A stretch of DNA of 64,000 nucleotides from the human T2T-CHM13v2.0 reference genome, Homo sapiens. Of this stretch, positions 34,713-53,525 are shown in pieces (the stretch's first letter is position 1; every line of letters begins with the position of its first letter). The notes under the pieces are model-generated. The model made no database searches, had not been told where the DNA came from, and saw only the letters and a program-made list of their open reading frames with translations. The stretch is from assembly GCF_009914755.1 (NCBI RefSeq), contig NC_060931.1. One strand, written 5' to 3'. A program made the translations under genes and the position numbers.

Positions 34713-34718
34713 TATAAG
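34713..34718 (+). promoter_or_regulatory. TATA box (-30)
   Basis: TATAAG, 30 nt upstream of exon 1. Confidence 0.92.
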
Positions 34719-34742
34719 AGGGGCGGGCAGGCATGGAGCCCC

Positions 34743-34771
34743 GTAGGAATCGCAGCGCCAACGGTTGCAAG
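34743..34771 (+). other. LEP: LEP non-coding exon 1 (29 nt)
   Basis: GTAGGAATCGCAGCGCCAACGGTTGCAAG followed by donor GTAAGG, 30 nt downstream of TATAA. Confidence 0.95.
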
Positions 34772-37431
34772 GTAAGGCCCCGGCGCGCTCCTTCCTCCTT
34801 CTCTGCTGGTCTTTCTTGGCAGGCCACAGGGCCCCACACAACTCTGGATCCCGGGGAAACTGAGTCAGGAGGGATGCAGGGCGGATGGCTTAGTTCTGGA
34901 CTATGATAGCTTTGTACCGAGTTCTAGCCAGATAGAAGGTTACCGGGAGCTGGGGAGCGTTGGATTTGCTGCTGGGCTGTGCCGGTGCCCAGAAGGCAGG
35001 ACCTTGCAGAACCAGCCAGGTCCCTGGGAGACTGTCAGACCCACCAACCTGGTGGCATTCGCAGAGCTGAGATGCATTGGAAATTGCCTTGGGCACATCC
35101 CCAAAGATCAGGATGTCCCACCCCAGTCTGAAGGAGATAAAGTTGGGGGTAGGAGAGACGCAGATGCAAGTGATCAGTCTCAGTCCCAGACATTGCCTTG
35201 CTCTGCGGGTAGGAATTCAGGATTCATTTTCCAGGGAAGTTCCTGACCTCTGAATGAGAGGGGCTGTGTAAGGCCAATGCCTGGGAGGAAGGCAAGGATG
35301 AGTAGAGGTGGGGGGAAACAAGTGTCAGGAAGACTCAAAATCTTCCAGAGAAATTGTGCAGGGTCTTACCAGATCTGTCCTCAAAGCCATGCAAATTGCC
35401 TTCTTTGCAATGCATACAATGAGGTGTCTCTGGGGGTCAGAACTGGTTATTAGGGAACTTCTAGCCAGGACTGCTAAATACGCGCTGTTGGCCCACCAGG
35501 CTCACCTATAGCCTTCCTTCAGTCTGGGCTTGGTTTGGATTTCACTGTGGGTGCCATCGCCTTTACACTCCTGTTTCTATAGTTTAAAGATAGTGGTGCT
35601 TTGGGAAAGTGACTCCTTAAATACAGTTAGGTCCAAGTGAGACAAGTGGCCTGGCTGTCATTTCAGAATAGCAGCTTCCAAGAGGTGATTAATTTCTGTT
35701 GGAAGGGTGATCTTTGGGGAGGTGGGTGAAGAGCAGAGACTTGGTGGTACCGTTCCAGGAGCACAGGCTCTCTTCCTTTGCAGTGCAGAATGACCTCTGG
35801 CAGCCGGAGTTGTGTTTGTTCTGTAGGATTCTGAGGTGGGCCATGGGCAGCTGGAACTGGGGAATTTTGCCAATCTCTTTCATATTAGGATTGTCTGCAG
35901 AACCAGATATGGAGGCTTCTAGCAACGTGAGTGCTCCTGTTCTAATGCCCTTAGAAACAAGAAGGCCACACTGATCATTTCTCTCACTTAGGCAGGGAGA
36001 CAAGGCAAGAGAGAAACAGTGGATGCTTTTAGGTTCTTTCCCTTCCCAAGCAGTTGTGGACATTGGGCTGAGGGGAACATTTCCACATTGGCTAAAGGAG
36101 CGTCCTCCTCATATTTTGTACATTTTATACCCAAAATAACTCTTCTTGGTATTTGGGGAAATATTTTCCTCCCCGTCCATTCCAGGAAATGGCTCCAAGT
36201 GCCAAGGACAGAGCCAGGGAAGTTGCAATGAATTCCTGCCCGTCAGCCCCAGGCAGATGCCTTGCACGTCTGAGTGGCCCATGCAGAGCGTGGAGGTGGC
36301 CGCCACGGAACCTGGGTCAATGTCCCACCCCCGCTTAGATGCCACCAGGGGCGTGGGAGCCAAGGAGAGAAGAGGGGCTCCAGGAAGGTAGAGTCCTTGT
36401 GTCTTGTGCATCTGTGAACAGCACTGGTATGATTTAAAGGAAAATTGAGCCAAATTTTCCGGCAGTCAGTTACCCCATCCCCACCGGGGTAGGAGTCTGG
36501 CAGCCGCAGCTCCATTCTGGCCAGTCGGCAGAGAGCCTTGAAATTCTTCTTTGTCCACACAGTTGTCTCAGAGAAACAGAGAGGTTGTTTCTGCTTAAAA
36601 ACAACACACTTGGTGTCTGGGCCCACAGACTCCTTTGCACTTATTCCACGTGTGACAGCCAATGTGCCTCGTTGCTTAGCAGACAGCATGTTACCGTCTT
36701 TCCTGCTCAGTTTGTTAGCTCTATGGAATGGAATCTATAATCAATGCCCATACCAACATTTCACTAATATCATAGGAGATTTAGTCTCCATCTGGGTGTA
36801 CATTACATTTGCTCTGGGGTGCTCCAGGCTGGGGGGTTGCCAAGGAAGAGAAGAGAAACCGCAGAGAAGACGGGAGGGCAGGGCAGGGGTCTCTGAGAAG
36901 GGGAGGGGTCCCAGAGTGCAGGAGCAGGAGCCAGGCTCATGAAAGGGGCCACGGGCGGGAGTATCCAGGGACGGCAGTCAAGATGGAGCACAGCTTAGGA
37001 AGCTGAAGGGAATCCTGGCCCACCTGGGTGCTAGAGGGCACATAGGAAGTGCAGGAAGCAGACCAAGGTCCCCAAGAGAGGGAGACCTGGACGCTGAAGC
37101 ATTTTCAGTCTTTATTAAGACAACTCCGTAAGAATTCCTGCTGGGCCAAAGTGAATTCTAGGATGCGACTTTAAGATGGGAGCAAGCGAACCATTGAGGA
37201 GGCAGGTTACCCTAGTTAGCCAATGCAGATCGAGAATGGGAAATCTTTCATTTATTCATGCAACAGATATTTAACGAAGCCCTGCCGTGTTCCAGGCCTG
37301 TGATAGATGCTGGAACAGGTACAGAGATACAGGTGTCATTAATTGATCAGGGCAACCTCTCCTTCTGAGTCTTGCTGGAGCTTCAGATGCCCCTCACACA
37401 GAGCTCGAGGGAGCCTCAACAATTGATCAGA

Positions 37432-37711
37432 AGTCAGGCACCATGGCTCACGCATATAATCCCAGCACTTTGGGAGGCCAAGGCAGGTGGATCACTGGAG
37501 CCCAGGAGTTCCAGATCAGCTGGGGCAACATGGCAAAACCCCATCTCTATTAAAAAAAAAAAAAATTAACTGGATGTGATGGTACACACCTGTAGTCCCA
37601 GCTACTTGGGAGGCTGAGAGGTGGGAGAATTGCTTGAGCCCGGGAAGTCGGGGGTCCAGTGAGCCTTGATCACACCACTGCACTCCAGCCTGAGTGACAG
37701 AGCAAGACCCT

Positions 37712-37712
<1 letters not shown>
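37432..37712 (+). mobile_element. AluJ (intron 1)
   Basis: Alu consensus. Confidence 0.85.

Positions 37713-37745
<33 letters not shown>
37713..37745. repeat. (CA)n microsatellite, LEP intron 1
   Basis: Perfect AC run forming the tail of an AluJ. Confidence 0.9.
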
Positions 37746-37747
<2 letters not shown>

Positions 37748-39245
37748 TTAGAGCTGAAACAGGAGTAGAAACCTATCTGTATCTCTGATGAGATCAGATT
37801 TTTCTGATGAACAGAAAGAATGTAACCCCTGTACTCACACCCTCTCTGCTGGTTACATATGTTAACACGATTTCTCAAATGAGGCTTTTGGTTGCAAATA
37901 AGAGAAAATCACTCACGCTGGCCCTGTGTTTTTCAAATTGTTTATTGTGATCAACATTTGAAAAAAGAGCCGAGACTCTCAAGAGTGCATTACCCACGGT
38001 AAGGGTGAATTTTACTTCTTGACACTTATTTCTCTTACATGTATCTATCTGTCTCAAATGAAAAATATATTTAGAAAGTTGAAAGCTATCCAAGTGAGTA
38101 TAAGAAAAGAGTATCTCACCCTGAAGGCTAAGGACAGGGAGGGCCACCAGGCCTCACGAGGACCCAGGAACCACAAAGAAGGCTAGGAAGGAGCACAGGC
38201 GGTGACCATACTCTGGCTCAGTGGCTATGTGGGCTCTGGTCTCTCTCAGCTGTTCCATGCATATGAGGCCAAATGTGGCTACCCTAGAGCTTCTGAGCCC
38301 TCAACAGAGATGAACTGGACTCTCTGCAGCCCCACTCTAAATTCCTAAGAGAGAAGTTGATTGACCCAATCAGGGTCAGGAGAAGGAAGGGAGGAGGAAA
38401 GGGAGGAGAGAAGAGCCTCTTCGTCTCTTGCCTACCACTGGCCAGGCAATTGTAGCCAAGGGGGCTGGAGTGTAAATGCAAACATAGCCATCAAGGGTTG
38501 TGTATGTGTGTGTGTGTGTCTGTGTGTGTGTATGTGTGTCTCTTGGGTAGGTTAGATCTCCCAGGAGGTCCCTACTAAACAGACTTAAGCCCGCAAAATT
38601 TTAGCTCTCCAGCCTCACACACTCCACCCCTCTACCATATTGAATCTTCCCAAACCAACTATGGCTTTCCCTAACTCCGGAGCTTGGCCTGGAATGCCCT
38701 GCTTCCCCTCTTTCCCCTGGGGAACGCCTGTCCTTCAGGCCTCAGTTCACACACTGCCTCCCTTGCAAAGCTCTCCTCCCATCCCCGGAGTCCCTCTTCC
38801 CCTTTGTTCTTTGGGTTCTATGCTTCTTCCCTCATAACTCCCACCAGGTTGTGTTAAAATGAGTTGTTCAAGGTCCTGTCTGTTCCACTAGATTCTGAGC
38901 AACTTGGAGAACGAAGATCCAAACTTCGCTGCCTTTATTTCCTCCTTTGTTCTTTTCTCATCCCCAAGTCCCTTCCAACTTGGAGTTATGAAGAAAGGAA
39001 GGAAGGAAGGGTGGGAGGGAAGAACAGGAGGGGATCCCACAGGAGAATGTGTATAGGGAGAGGACTCAGACTAGCTAAAGCTTTTCCCTCATAATTAATA
39101 GCAAATACCATGTTACCTGAATTTAATTCACAGTAGCATACAAAAGACTCGCTTTGTTCTCCCCATTGATGTCATCAGAGGGCTGTGGGCAGGCCTAATC
39201 TTGGCTCAGGAGGCCCTCCAGCCTGGATCTAAAGAGCAGCAGATG

Positions 39246-39571
<326 letters not shown>

Positions 39572-39794
39572 GAGGAGCACACATCTCTGCCCATCCTAAC
39601 TCCCACTTTGACATTGAGGTCCCCAGGATGGAGGGTCTGCCTCCATCTGCCTTGTCCCCTGCAATGGTGGGAAGGTGATGGAGCTCAAGTCTAGAGGCCA
39701 CCAGCTTCTTAGGGAGGTAGGAGGTGGAGGGTGGGGTGCGGGCCCTGCACACAACTGCCAAGTGAGGATGGGGGTGGGGTCCACCTGAGGATAA

Positions 39795-40225
<431 letters not shown>

Positions 40226-41389
40226 ACATTTCATCTGTGCAGCTCCAGGGGCTCCACATTCTACTCTTCTCATTTCTTCTCCAGGGTACCCATGGCAAGG
40301 GATGAGGGTAGAAGATGGGGCAGCCAGGCCTTGATTAAAGGAGAAGGAAGGCAGCCTGTGGAGAGGGCAGCCCAGGGAGTGCAGAGAGAAGTGGGCCATG
40401 AGGGAGACAGCAGAGTGCAGGCTGCGTCCCAAATGAGCACACAGCCCACTGTGAGCCCACCATCTTCCTAGAGACCCCTCTCCTCTCCAGGAGCTGCTTC
40501 AGTAGCACTCAGAGGAAAGAATGATGCTGTATCAACATTTCAGCAGCTCATCTTTTAACTCTAAGAAAATGGCAGCTCCTAAATGTTCAAAACTGCTTTG
40601 GAAACTTCTGGAGAGAGGTTTTGCAGCTCAGGCAGACAGCTGATCGCGGCCTTTCTTCCACCCCAACCCATGCTCTCCCCATGCTCTCCTGCCACAGCTG
40701 CAGCGGGCCCCTGGGTCCTACATTTGCAGCCCTTTGTCTCTGAGCTCAGACTTCCAATTCCAAGCGGCAGCTGGGCAGGCTCACCAGCATGTCCAGCCAG
40801 TACTAGGACATCAGCAGGAGCCCAACCACCTCTTTCCAAAATCTCTCCTCATGTCTCTCCTAGTTTCCATCTCCATCCTTCTAGTCAGCCAGGCTGAAAA
40901 CATTTGCTCCTCAGGGTGCAGAAGGGAAAGCTTTGCCTCCCTTCCTGGTGCTCACTGCCCCTGCGATTCCAGCCCAAGCCCTCCCCGGCTCCTCACCCTG
41001 GTGTCAGCTGGAAGCCACCATCTCCTAAACCCACCTGTGTTCTTCCACCTCTGCCAGGGCTGCCCTCTCCTCCACCTTCACAAACTCAATTCCTACCCAT
41101 TCTCAGGTCCCTTATCAAATGCCATCTCCTCCATGATGCCTCCCTGATTCCCCTGCTGGAAATAATGGTGATAACAGCTAAGGCATTGGGGTTGGCTACG
41201 TGCCAGGCAAGGAGTTGGCACTTTACATGCTTTATCTCATTTCAGCCACATAACATCGACAGGTGGCATTATGATTCATATCATCCCCATCTGATAGCCA
41301 GGAAAACTGAGTCCCAGAGAGGTTAGCCACTTTCCTAGGGCCCTGTGCTCTGACTCAAGCATAGCTCTGAGGAACTCTAGCATTCATCA

Positions 41390-42082
<693 letters not shown>

Positions 42083-42413
42083 AAATGTTCTTCCTTGCAT
42101 TGAAGTTAAATATGTAAATTCTCAAACCAGTTGCTTAAGGGCACAGTTTTGTTCTTTACCTATATTTTTAACAAATATTTTATGTAAGTAGTTGACAAAA
42201 TCAAATACTGTGTACACTACCGAGGCTTCCCTGGGAAAGCCATCAGCCTCTGCCCCATCCCTTCCCACTCCTGATTCCACTTTCCTGTGTTTCCATATCT
42301 TTTTCATGTCTGTTTCTGGCCCACAGTGGGCGATCAATACATGTTAGCCACCAACCATCAAACCTATATTGAGTAATTATGGTATGTCAGGCACTATGCT
42401 CAATGAAATTGTA

Positions 42414-42486
42414 TTAGGCTTGTACAAAAGTAATTGTGGTTTTTAAGAGTAATGGCAAAAACGGCAGTTACTTTCGCACCAACTAT
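42414..42486. mobile_element. MADE1 mariner MITE
   Basis: TTAGGCTTGTACAAAAGTAATTGTGGTTTTT...AAAAACGGCAGTTACTTTCGCACCAAC inverted termini. Confidence 0.8.
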
Positions 42487-45482
42487 TTGCTGCCTTGAAT
42501 TATTCCTCCTCTCCTCATCCCTAAACCCTGCTCCTCCCAGCCATTCTTCCTCCCCTTCTTGGGCCATGGCCAGGCCCCACCCAGGTACTAAGACTCAGGT
42601 GAACCAAGGAAGACTTAATGCCCACTCTTTTCTGATGCCCATGTTGGCATGTGTTAAGTCGGTTAGCATTAAGTTTGGCTGCATTTAGCAGAGACCCAAA
42701 AGAACAGTGCCTTTTAAAAGGCAGAGGTTATGTCTCTCACACACACCCAGCACAAGTCCAAGACCAGCATGGCATCTCAGCTCCATCAACCTCAGGAACC
42801 GAGCTCCTGCAGCTCCCTGCCCTGCAGTTGATAAGGTGAGGTCTTTGTCCTCCTGGTTCAAGATGGTGCTAGAATGTTGGCTACCATATCTATAGTCCAG
42901 GCATCAGAATGGAGCAAGGGATGAAAAAGGAAGAGATGAAGGCACACGACAGGTTCCTGAGAGCTGGCACAGGACACTTCTGCTTATATTTCACTGGCCA
43001 GAACTTAGTCACATGGTCACACCTAGTTGGGAGACTCTGAGAAGTAAAGTATTTATTCTAGATGGCCATATCCCTACCTAAGACTTGGAGTTTTCTATGA
43101 CTGGGGAAGAACGGAAGACAAGATATTGGGAAAGACTAGCAGCCTCTACTAAAAGGGTGATCTGTGTTGATGTGCGTGTGTGTGTGATGTTTGTATGAGC
43201 ATGTGTGTTATGTGTTGTGTGTTGGTGGGGCAGATTCTTGCGAGCACTTTGGTCTCAGATGGACCTGCTACCAGTTCTCTCTGCAGACCCCCATAGGTTT
43301 CTCCTAAACCTGGCCTCTCCTATTAGGCAGCCTTACTCAGCGGCAGCTTCTCAGCTCCATGTTTTCAAGGAACCACAATTTATTTCCAGCATCCACTGAA
43401 GCATATTATCAGTGGTGATAGAGGGGGCTTGTAAAACTGTTTTTCCACTTAGGTATTAGAGGGTGGCCATTACTTGAGAGTGACTATGACCACAGTTAAT
43501 CTGGTAATAAATTCTCTTGGGTAGGAGGAAAGGAAAGGATGCTTTAAGGAAGCATCTTGCCGGGAGACACAAAGCTAACAAGAGTGGAGCCTGCAGCTGG
43601 AGCCGCAGAGCCTAATCACTACACCCGCCCATCTCTGCTAGGGTTTCATGACTTCGTATCGGGGATTAGCAGTATTTAACTCTGTTGCACAAACATTTGG
43701 TGTATTATTCAGGTAACAAGTAGCTAATAGAGGAAGTTTTACTTTTTTAAGACATAAATTTGCCTTTTCCCAAATTACTTGGTACATAGTACTTTTCATG
43801 TTTGAAGTTGAGATGTGGGTACAATACCATAGCTTTATTCCAGAGCAGGGTATTTGTTTCCAAATGCCATGTTCCCAGCAGCTGCCCTTGACTGGGAATT
43901 GGGGTGTGATTTGGGCTTTTCCTTAAATCCTTGAGGAGCTGGAGGGGTGGGTGGCTCGCACTCCTGCTTTCTGGATCTGAATCCTGACTCTGTCATGGAC
44001 CTGTTTGACTTTGGGCAAGTTGACTCCTATTCCTGAGCCCCATATTTTTCTCTTCTGTAAAATTCAGATTAAAAAAACATGGCTTTGATCAAACATTATA
44101 AATAATATATAGACAGACTGCTTGTTTTTATTGTATTGCCAGAAATGAATCCTACTAATATTGCCATCTATGGACAGAAAATGTATTACCTGTCTTCATC
44201 AAGACCCAGACGAGGAAGAACACGAAAAGCGGAGATTAATTTTACTGCCATCTCCAGAACCGTCATCCTAATATTTACTTACATTTTATTATTATTTCAG
44301 GCTCATGCACATATACTTAGCATGGATCATTGGCCACAGACTCGCATACATTTAACTTTATTACCTTTTGCCTCATGTATCTCATTAAAATTTTGCTGCT
44401 TAATCAAGGATCTGCATATTATTTTAATTTTAGAATTCACAGTTCCAAGACTTTGAAAGTTTCAAGCGTTCTGGGTGAATGTGTTATGCTCTCTCCCACC
44501 ACCATGTCTTTATACCCCCTGATTTCTCAGCCACTATGGCAACCACTTTCTACTCTTAGTAGCCCATATTTAGTCCAATCCCCAGCTCAGGAGACACTTC
44601 TTCCAGGGAGCCCCCTGTGCCTTCCAGTAGTATCTTGTACCTGCCCTTTTTGCAAAGCTCTTTCCTCCTGGCTTAGAATGGCCCATTGACCTGTTTGTTT
44701 CTCCTATTAAACTGTAAGCCACTCGAGGGTAGAGAGCATCTGTTGTTCACCATTGCATCCTCGGTGCTGAGCACTGCGTCTGACATATTATTTAGAAGGT
44801 CAGTAAGTGCTAGTGGGATTCAGGCTCCCAGTGGGTGGGAGAGAAAGGACATAAGGAAGCAAGTGGTAAAGGCCCTCACAGAGTATCAGCAGGCTGGTGT
44901 GAGGGAGAAATGCAGAGGATGGGTGAGTAGCATAATCGCTAATGATAGGGTAATGATAGAGCACATTTCACAACACCTTTAAGCCCTTTCACGTGCATCA
45001 GATAATTTGATCCTCATAAAAGCCTAGAGATAGATATATTACAGGGATGAAGGTGGAGTATTTTGTGGTTATGTGATATGTTTAAAATTATGCAGTGAGT
45101 AAATGACTGGGTTCAAACCAGACCTTAAAAGTCTGTTATCTTTCCCTCGAGCATGCAATGAAGTCTACATCATCCCTACCATGTCCATTTGATCACACCC
45201 TGGCCTCACAGCTCTGTGGTCTACAGGATACCTCATGGTGGTTTTATTGACCAGACAATAATCCTCTTTCTAAGGGGATGCATTTCATTAATACATATGT
45301 AGATCATGAATTGTCTTTGACTTTGAGGGGATGGTAGCCAGAGCAGAAAGCAAAGCTGATTTTCATCCCCGTCTGGTAATGTGGTTGGTAATGTGAAGAT
45401 GGGTGTATTCTGAGATACCGGCTCCTTGCAGTGTGTGGTTCCTTCTGTTTTCAGGCCCAAGAAGCCCATCCTGGGAAGGAAA

Positions 45483-45626
45483 ATGCATTGGGGAACCCTG
45501 TGCGGATTCTTGTGGCTTTGGCCCTATCTTTTCTATGTCCAAGCTGTGCCCATCCAAAAAGTCCAAGATGACACCAAAACCCTCATCAAGACAATTGTCA
45601 CCAGGATCAATGACATTTCACACACG
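45483..45626 (+). CDS. LEP: Leptin coding exon 2 (signal peptide and N-terminal helix, aa 1-48)
   Basis: Translates [48 protein letters not shown]. Acceptor TTTTCAG ends at 45454; donor GTAAGG at 45627 (phase 0). Confidence 0.99.
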
Positions 45627-45895
45627 GTAAGGAGAGTATGCGGGGACAAAGTAGAACTGCAGCCAGCCCAGCACTGGCTCCTAGTGGCACTGGACCCAGA
45701 TAGTCCAAGAAACATTTATTGAACGCCTCCTGAATGCCAGGCACCTACTGGAAGCTGAGAAGGATTTGAAAGCACAGGGCTCCACTCTTTCTGGTTGTTT
45801 CTTTTGGCCCCTCTGCCTGCTGAGATTCCAGGGGTTAGTGGTTCTAATTCTAAACCACTCCAAGAACATTTGATTTTGCTACATGTTTCCATTTA

Positions 45896-46387
<492 letters not shown>

Positions 46388-47867
46388 TCATAGGATTCTC
46401 ATGAGGCCTCACGTGCTTATTTTCAACCTACCAAGGGGAAACCCAGGCCTCAGCGATTAGCTGAGCCACATGCAGGCACAGCCACTGTCTCTTTCCTTCC
46501 TGTCCCCTCTGTCCCCACCTTCTGCGCTCGCCTTCCTCCCTGACTTCACTTCCTTGAATCTTAGTGCCTACGACCAGAGGGAGCTGTGAAGTTCCTTGTG
46601 TCCCATTGGCAGGTACAAGACCCCCAGAAGCATCTCCTCAGGGCCTCTATCCCATCTCTAGATGTGCTTGTCATTAGGGTTCTTGTAGTTCCAGCTGATC
46701 TCTGGCCCTGCCGCTCAAAGATACCCAAAAGAGCGAGTCTACCCTTTTTCACATTCAACCCTCTACTGATTTGCAAATAGCAGTCAGTGCCCACCCTGGT
46801 CTTTTCTCTGGGGTCCAGCAGGCCTAGACCTTCAGCCATTTTCCTGATGAGGTCTGTATTTGAAATTAGGAAGATTAAGTTTGAATCTTCACACTTCTGA
46901 TGTCTGTGAGATCTTCAGCAAGTTCCTTACTGTCTTTAAGCCTTGTTTTCATCATCTGGATAATGGGGATATCACACACTATTCACAAGGTTGTTATGAG
47001 GCCTAAATTAGCTAAAGCAATTGAATCCTCCTTACCCCCTGCATGGAGCTCTCTGGAGACTTCCACGTCTCCTGGTCATTGTGGGTGTCTTATGGTAGTC
47101 TTGGGCAGTTAGGGAGAAGTTAGGTGTCTGGAAGCAAAGATGGCTCAGAACTAGATAGAGTCTTGGGCATTTTATAGATAAAAACTCTTGTCTCCTTTAA
47201 AAATAATAAAAAAAAATTAGCTGGGCATATTAGCCACTCAGCAAGACTGCACGTGATAGATCCCGAGTGCCCCACCTTGGGTGGTGTAATACACGATATC
47301 ACGGGAGCCCCGGGTAGTAACCACGGAGGTGTCAGCCTCAGTGCTGTGGGCAGATGGATGGGGAGAGCCTCCCGGAACTGGAGTCACTGGAGCAGGGTTG
47401 GGGGGCCTCACTGAGGGTACGGCCTTGATCTCTAAGGAGGAGGGACTGCCTGGAAAAGCTGACTGGGAGGGAGGACTCGGCTGGGGGTAGAAGGGACTAG
47501 GGAAGGCTGGGGGTGGGGGTGCTTATGGAGGACCTCAGATGCCTGGGGAACAGACTCCACTAAATAAAACATATGAAACCATGGCTGGTTCTTCAGCAGA
47601 GGCCATGTAGAGAAAGGAATGACCTAGGAAAGTTGGCCTGGAAGTGGAGGGAAGGATGGTGTGGGAAAAGCAGGAATCTCGGAGACCAGCTTAGAGGCTT
47701 GGCAGTCACCTGGGTGCAGGATACAAGGGCCTGAGCCAAAGTGGTGAGGGAGGGTGGAAGGAGGCAGCCCAGAGAATGACCCTCCATGCCCACGGGGAAG
47801 GCAGAGGGCTCTGAGAGCGATTCCTCCCACATGCTGAGCACTTGTTCTCCCTCTTCCTCCTGCATAG

Positions 47868-51092
<3,225 letters not shown>

Positions 51093-51552
51093 CTCTTTGT
51101 TTCCTGTCGCCGTTCCTGGAGGGGCTTCGGGAGAGCTGTTTGTGTGTGACAGGGCAAGGCCTGGCTGGCCCCCATCCATCACTGGGGTCAGCTCCGCCCC
51201 AGGCTTGGCCACAGCCAGCCGCCAGTTATTCAGGCAAAAGGATTACCCTGTAAAGAAAACAGAGCTGGGTTTGGACGCTGAGAGGACTGGGAAACAGGTT
51301 GCAGGGAGGCACAGGAAGCACACACCAAGAGCCAGAGAGAGGCCTCTGTGCCATCCCAAGGAATGAGGACAAAGAGAGGGGTCCTCGGGAAGAAGGGATC
51401 CACTTTGGAGAGGCCCCTTAACACGGGACAGAGCAAGGACAGAAAGAGGCATCCACTGGGATGGAAGAAGGACAGGATCCACAGGGAAAGAGGGATGAGG
51501 GGAATGAAGAGAGAAGAAATAAAGAGTTCAGCATCACCTCATGATGCAACTA

Positions 51553-51972
<420 letters not shown>

Positions 51973-52135
51973 TTATTCAAAAAGCTTAAAACATACCTAT
52001 CAAAGGTTAGACTCCTTATTAGTATTCCGCTTAATCTTAATTTGTTCAACAAACCATTCTGAGTTCAAATAGAGGTCCAAATCAACTGTATAAAAGATAA
52101 CTTTGAGATGAGGAAAATTTAAATGGGGGCTCTGT

Positions 52136-52137
52136 TT

Positions 52138-52183
<46 letters not shown>
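52136..52183. repeat. (TTTC)12 tetranucleotide, LEP 3' hypervariable microsatellite (short allele)
   Basis: 12 perfect TTTC units about 1 kb past the poly(A) site. The flanks match my recollection of the LEP-tet marker. Confidence 0.85.
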
Positions 52184-52184
<1 letters not shown>

Positions 52185-53069
52185 AACTTTTTTGCCGGTG
52201 ACACAACCTCAGAAGTTCCTGAGAACATGTGTCCCAATTCCATTTCAGATGCTGATAAGAAATTCTAGTTAATTTTACTAGGTATAATGATGGCATGGTG
52301 GTGTAGTTATTCTTCAGTGCTTCCTTATGCATTCGTGATAGATGCAAACAGAAGTTTAGGGTGAAATAGCACAATGCCTGGGATTAACCTTAAAAAACTT
52401 CAGCAAAACAATTTATCTTATAATTTTTTATAAATATTATATAAACTTTATATAAATAACTATATATCTATATATATATATCAACAAGATCAGCAAAATG
52501 TTGAGAATTGCTAAAGCTAAGTGACAGATACATGGGAGTCCATTATACCAGACCCTTTCCTTTTGGGTGAAATTTCCAGAAGAAACACTTTTTGGAAATG
52601 TCCAGTTCAGCCTGGCCCGTCCCCTGCCTGGGCAATGTTGCATTCCTGGGAAGGAAGGAGAGGAGGTGGGGAGAGAAGAGGGAGAAGGAGAATATGACGT
52701 GGAGCTGAGCTGTATTTAAAGAGCACATTTGATTTCACTGCCTGGCAGATGTCCCAGGGCTTTGGGGGGACAGCAGACTGTCAGTGCGGGTGTGAAACAG
52801 TGAACTAAGACAGGGATTTAGCAAATCAAACAAGGAAGGAATGGTAAGAACCAGCTGCAAGGGGCAGGGAGAGGCATGTCCTGAAGCTCACAGGAAAAAG
52901 CCAAAGCAGCAGACATCAGGGCCTCAAGCTCTGCCCCAGTCCTGCTGGGCCTCAGGTGTCCCACAGAAGCCAACTCCCCCCACCCAAGGGGGCATCGTGG
53001 TATTCCTGCTGTGCAGCTGTTCCTCCATATTAAATAACACTGTGTAGGCAGAGAAGCCTTTAGACCATT

Positions 53070-53525
53070 TGTAACCACGCAATGGGTTCACCTTGCCTGC
53101 TGCGTAGACAGAACCGATTTATCAAGACAGGGGAATTCCAATAAAGAGTAATGCATGCAGAGCAGGCTGTGCAGGAGACGGTAGTTTTACTATTACTCTA
53201 ATCAGTCTCCCCAGAGCAGGGGGTTTTAAAGATAATTTTGCGGGTAAGGGCTTGGGAAGTGGGGAGTGCTGATTGGTCAGGTTGGGGATAGAATCACACC
53301 CGGTCAAGTTAGGTTTTCTTAATGTCTTCTGTTCCTGGGTGCGATGGCAGAACTGGTTGGGCCAGATTACTGCTCTGGGTGGGGTCAGCTTATCCATGGA
53401 GTGTAGGCTCTGCAAAATATCTCAAGCACTGATCTTAGATTTTACAACAGTGCTGTTTACCCCCAGGAGCAATTTGGGGAGGTTCAGACTCTTGGAGCCA
53501 GGAGCTGCATGACCCCTAAATTGTA
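53070..53525 (-). mobile_element. ERV1-class LTR fragment (LTR8/LOR1-like)
   Basis: TGTAACCACGCAATGGGTTCACCTTGCCTGCTGCGTAGACAG is the reverse complement of this group's 3' terminus. Truncated at about 53525. Confidence 0.65.

Larger units (their letters stand above)
34200..34800. promoter_or_regulatory. LEP promoter CpG island
   Basis: Visibly high GC and CpG density (e.g. CCGCGCCCCGCGCGG, GTGCGCGCGTGG) surrounding exon 1. Confidence 0.9.

Noticed and set aside
45426-45722. ORF-track leptin ORFs with an N-terminal extension or an internal start (also 47901-48227)
   Set aside because: Artefacts of unspliced translation. The true CDS starts at ATG 45483 and is spliced.
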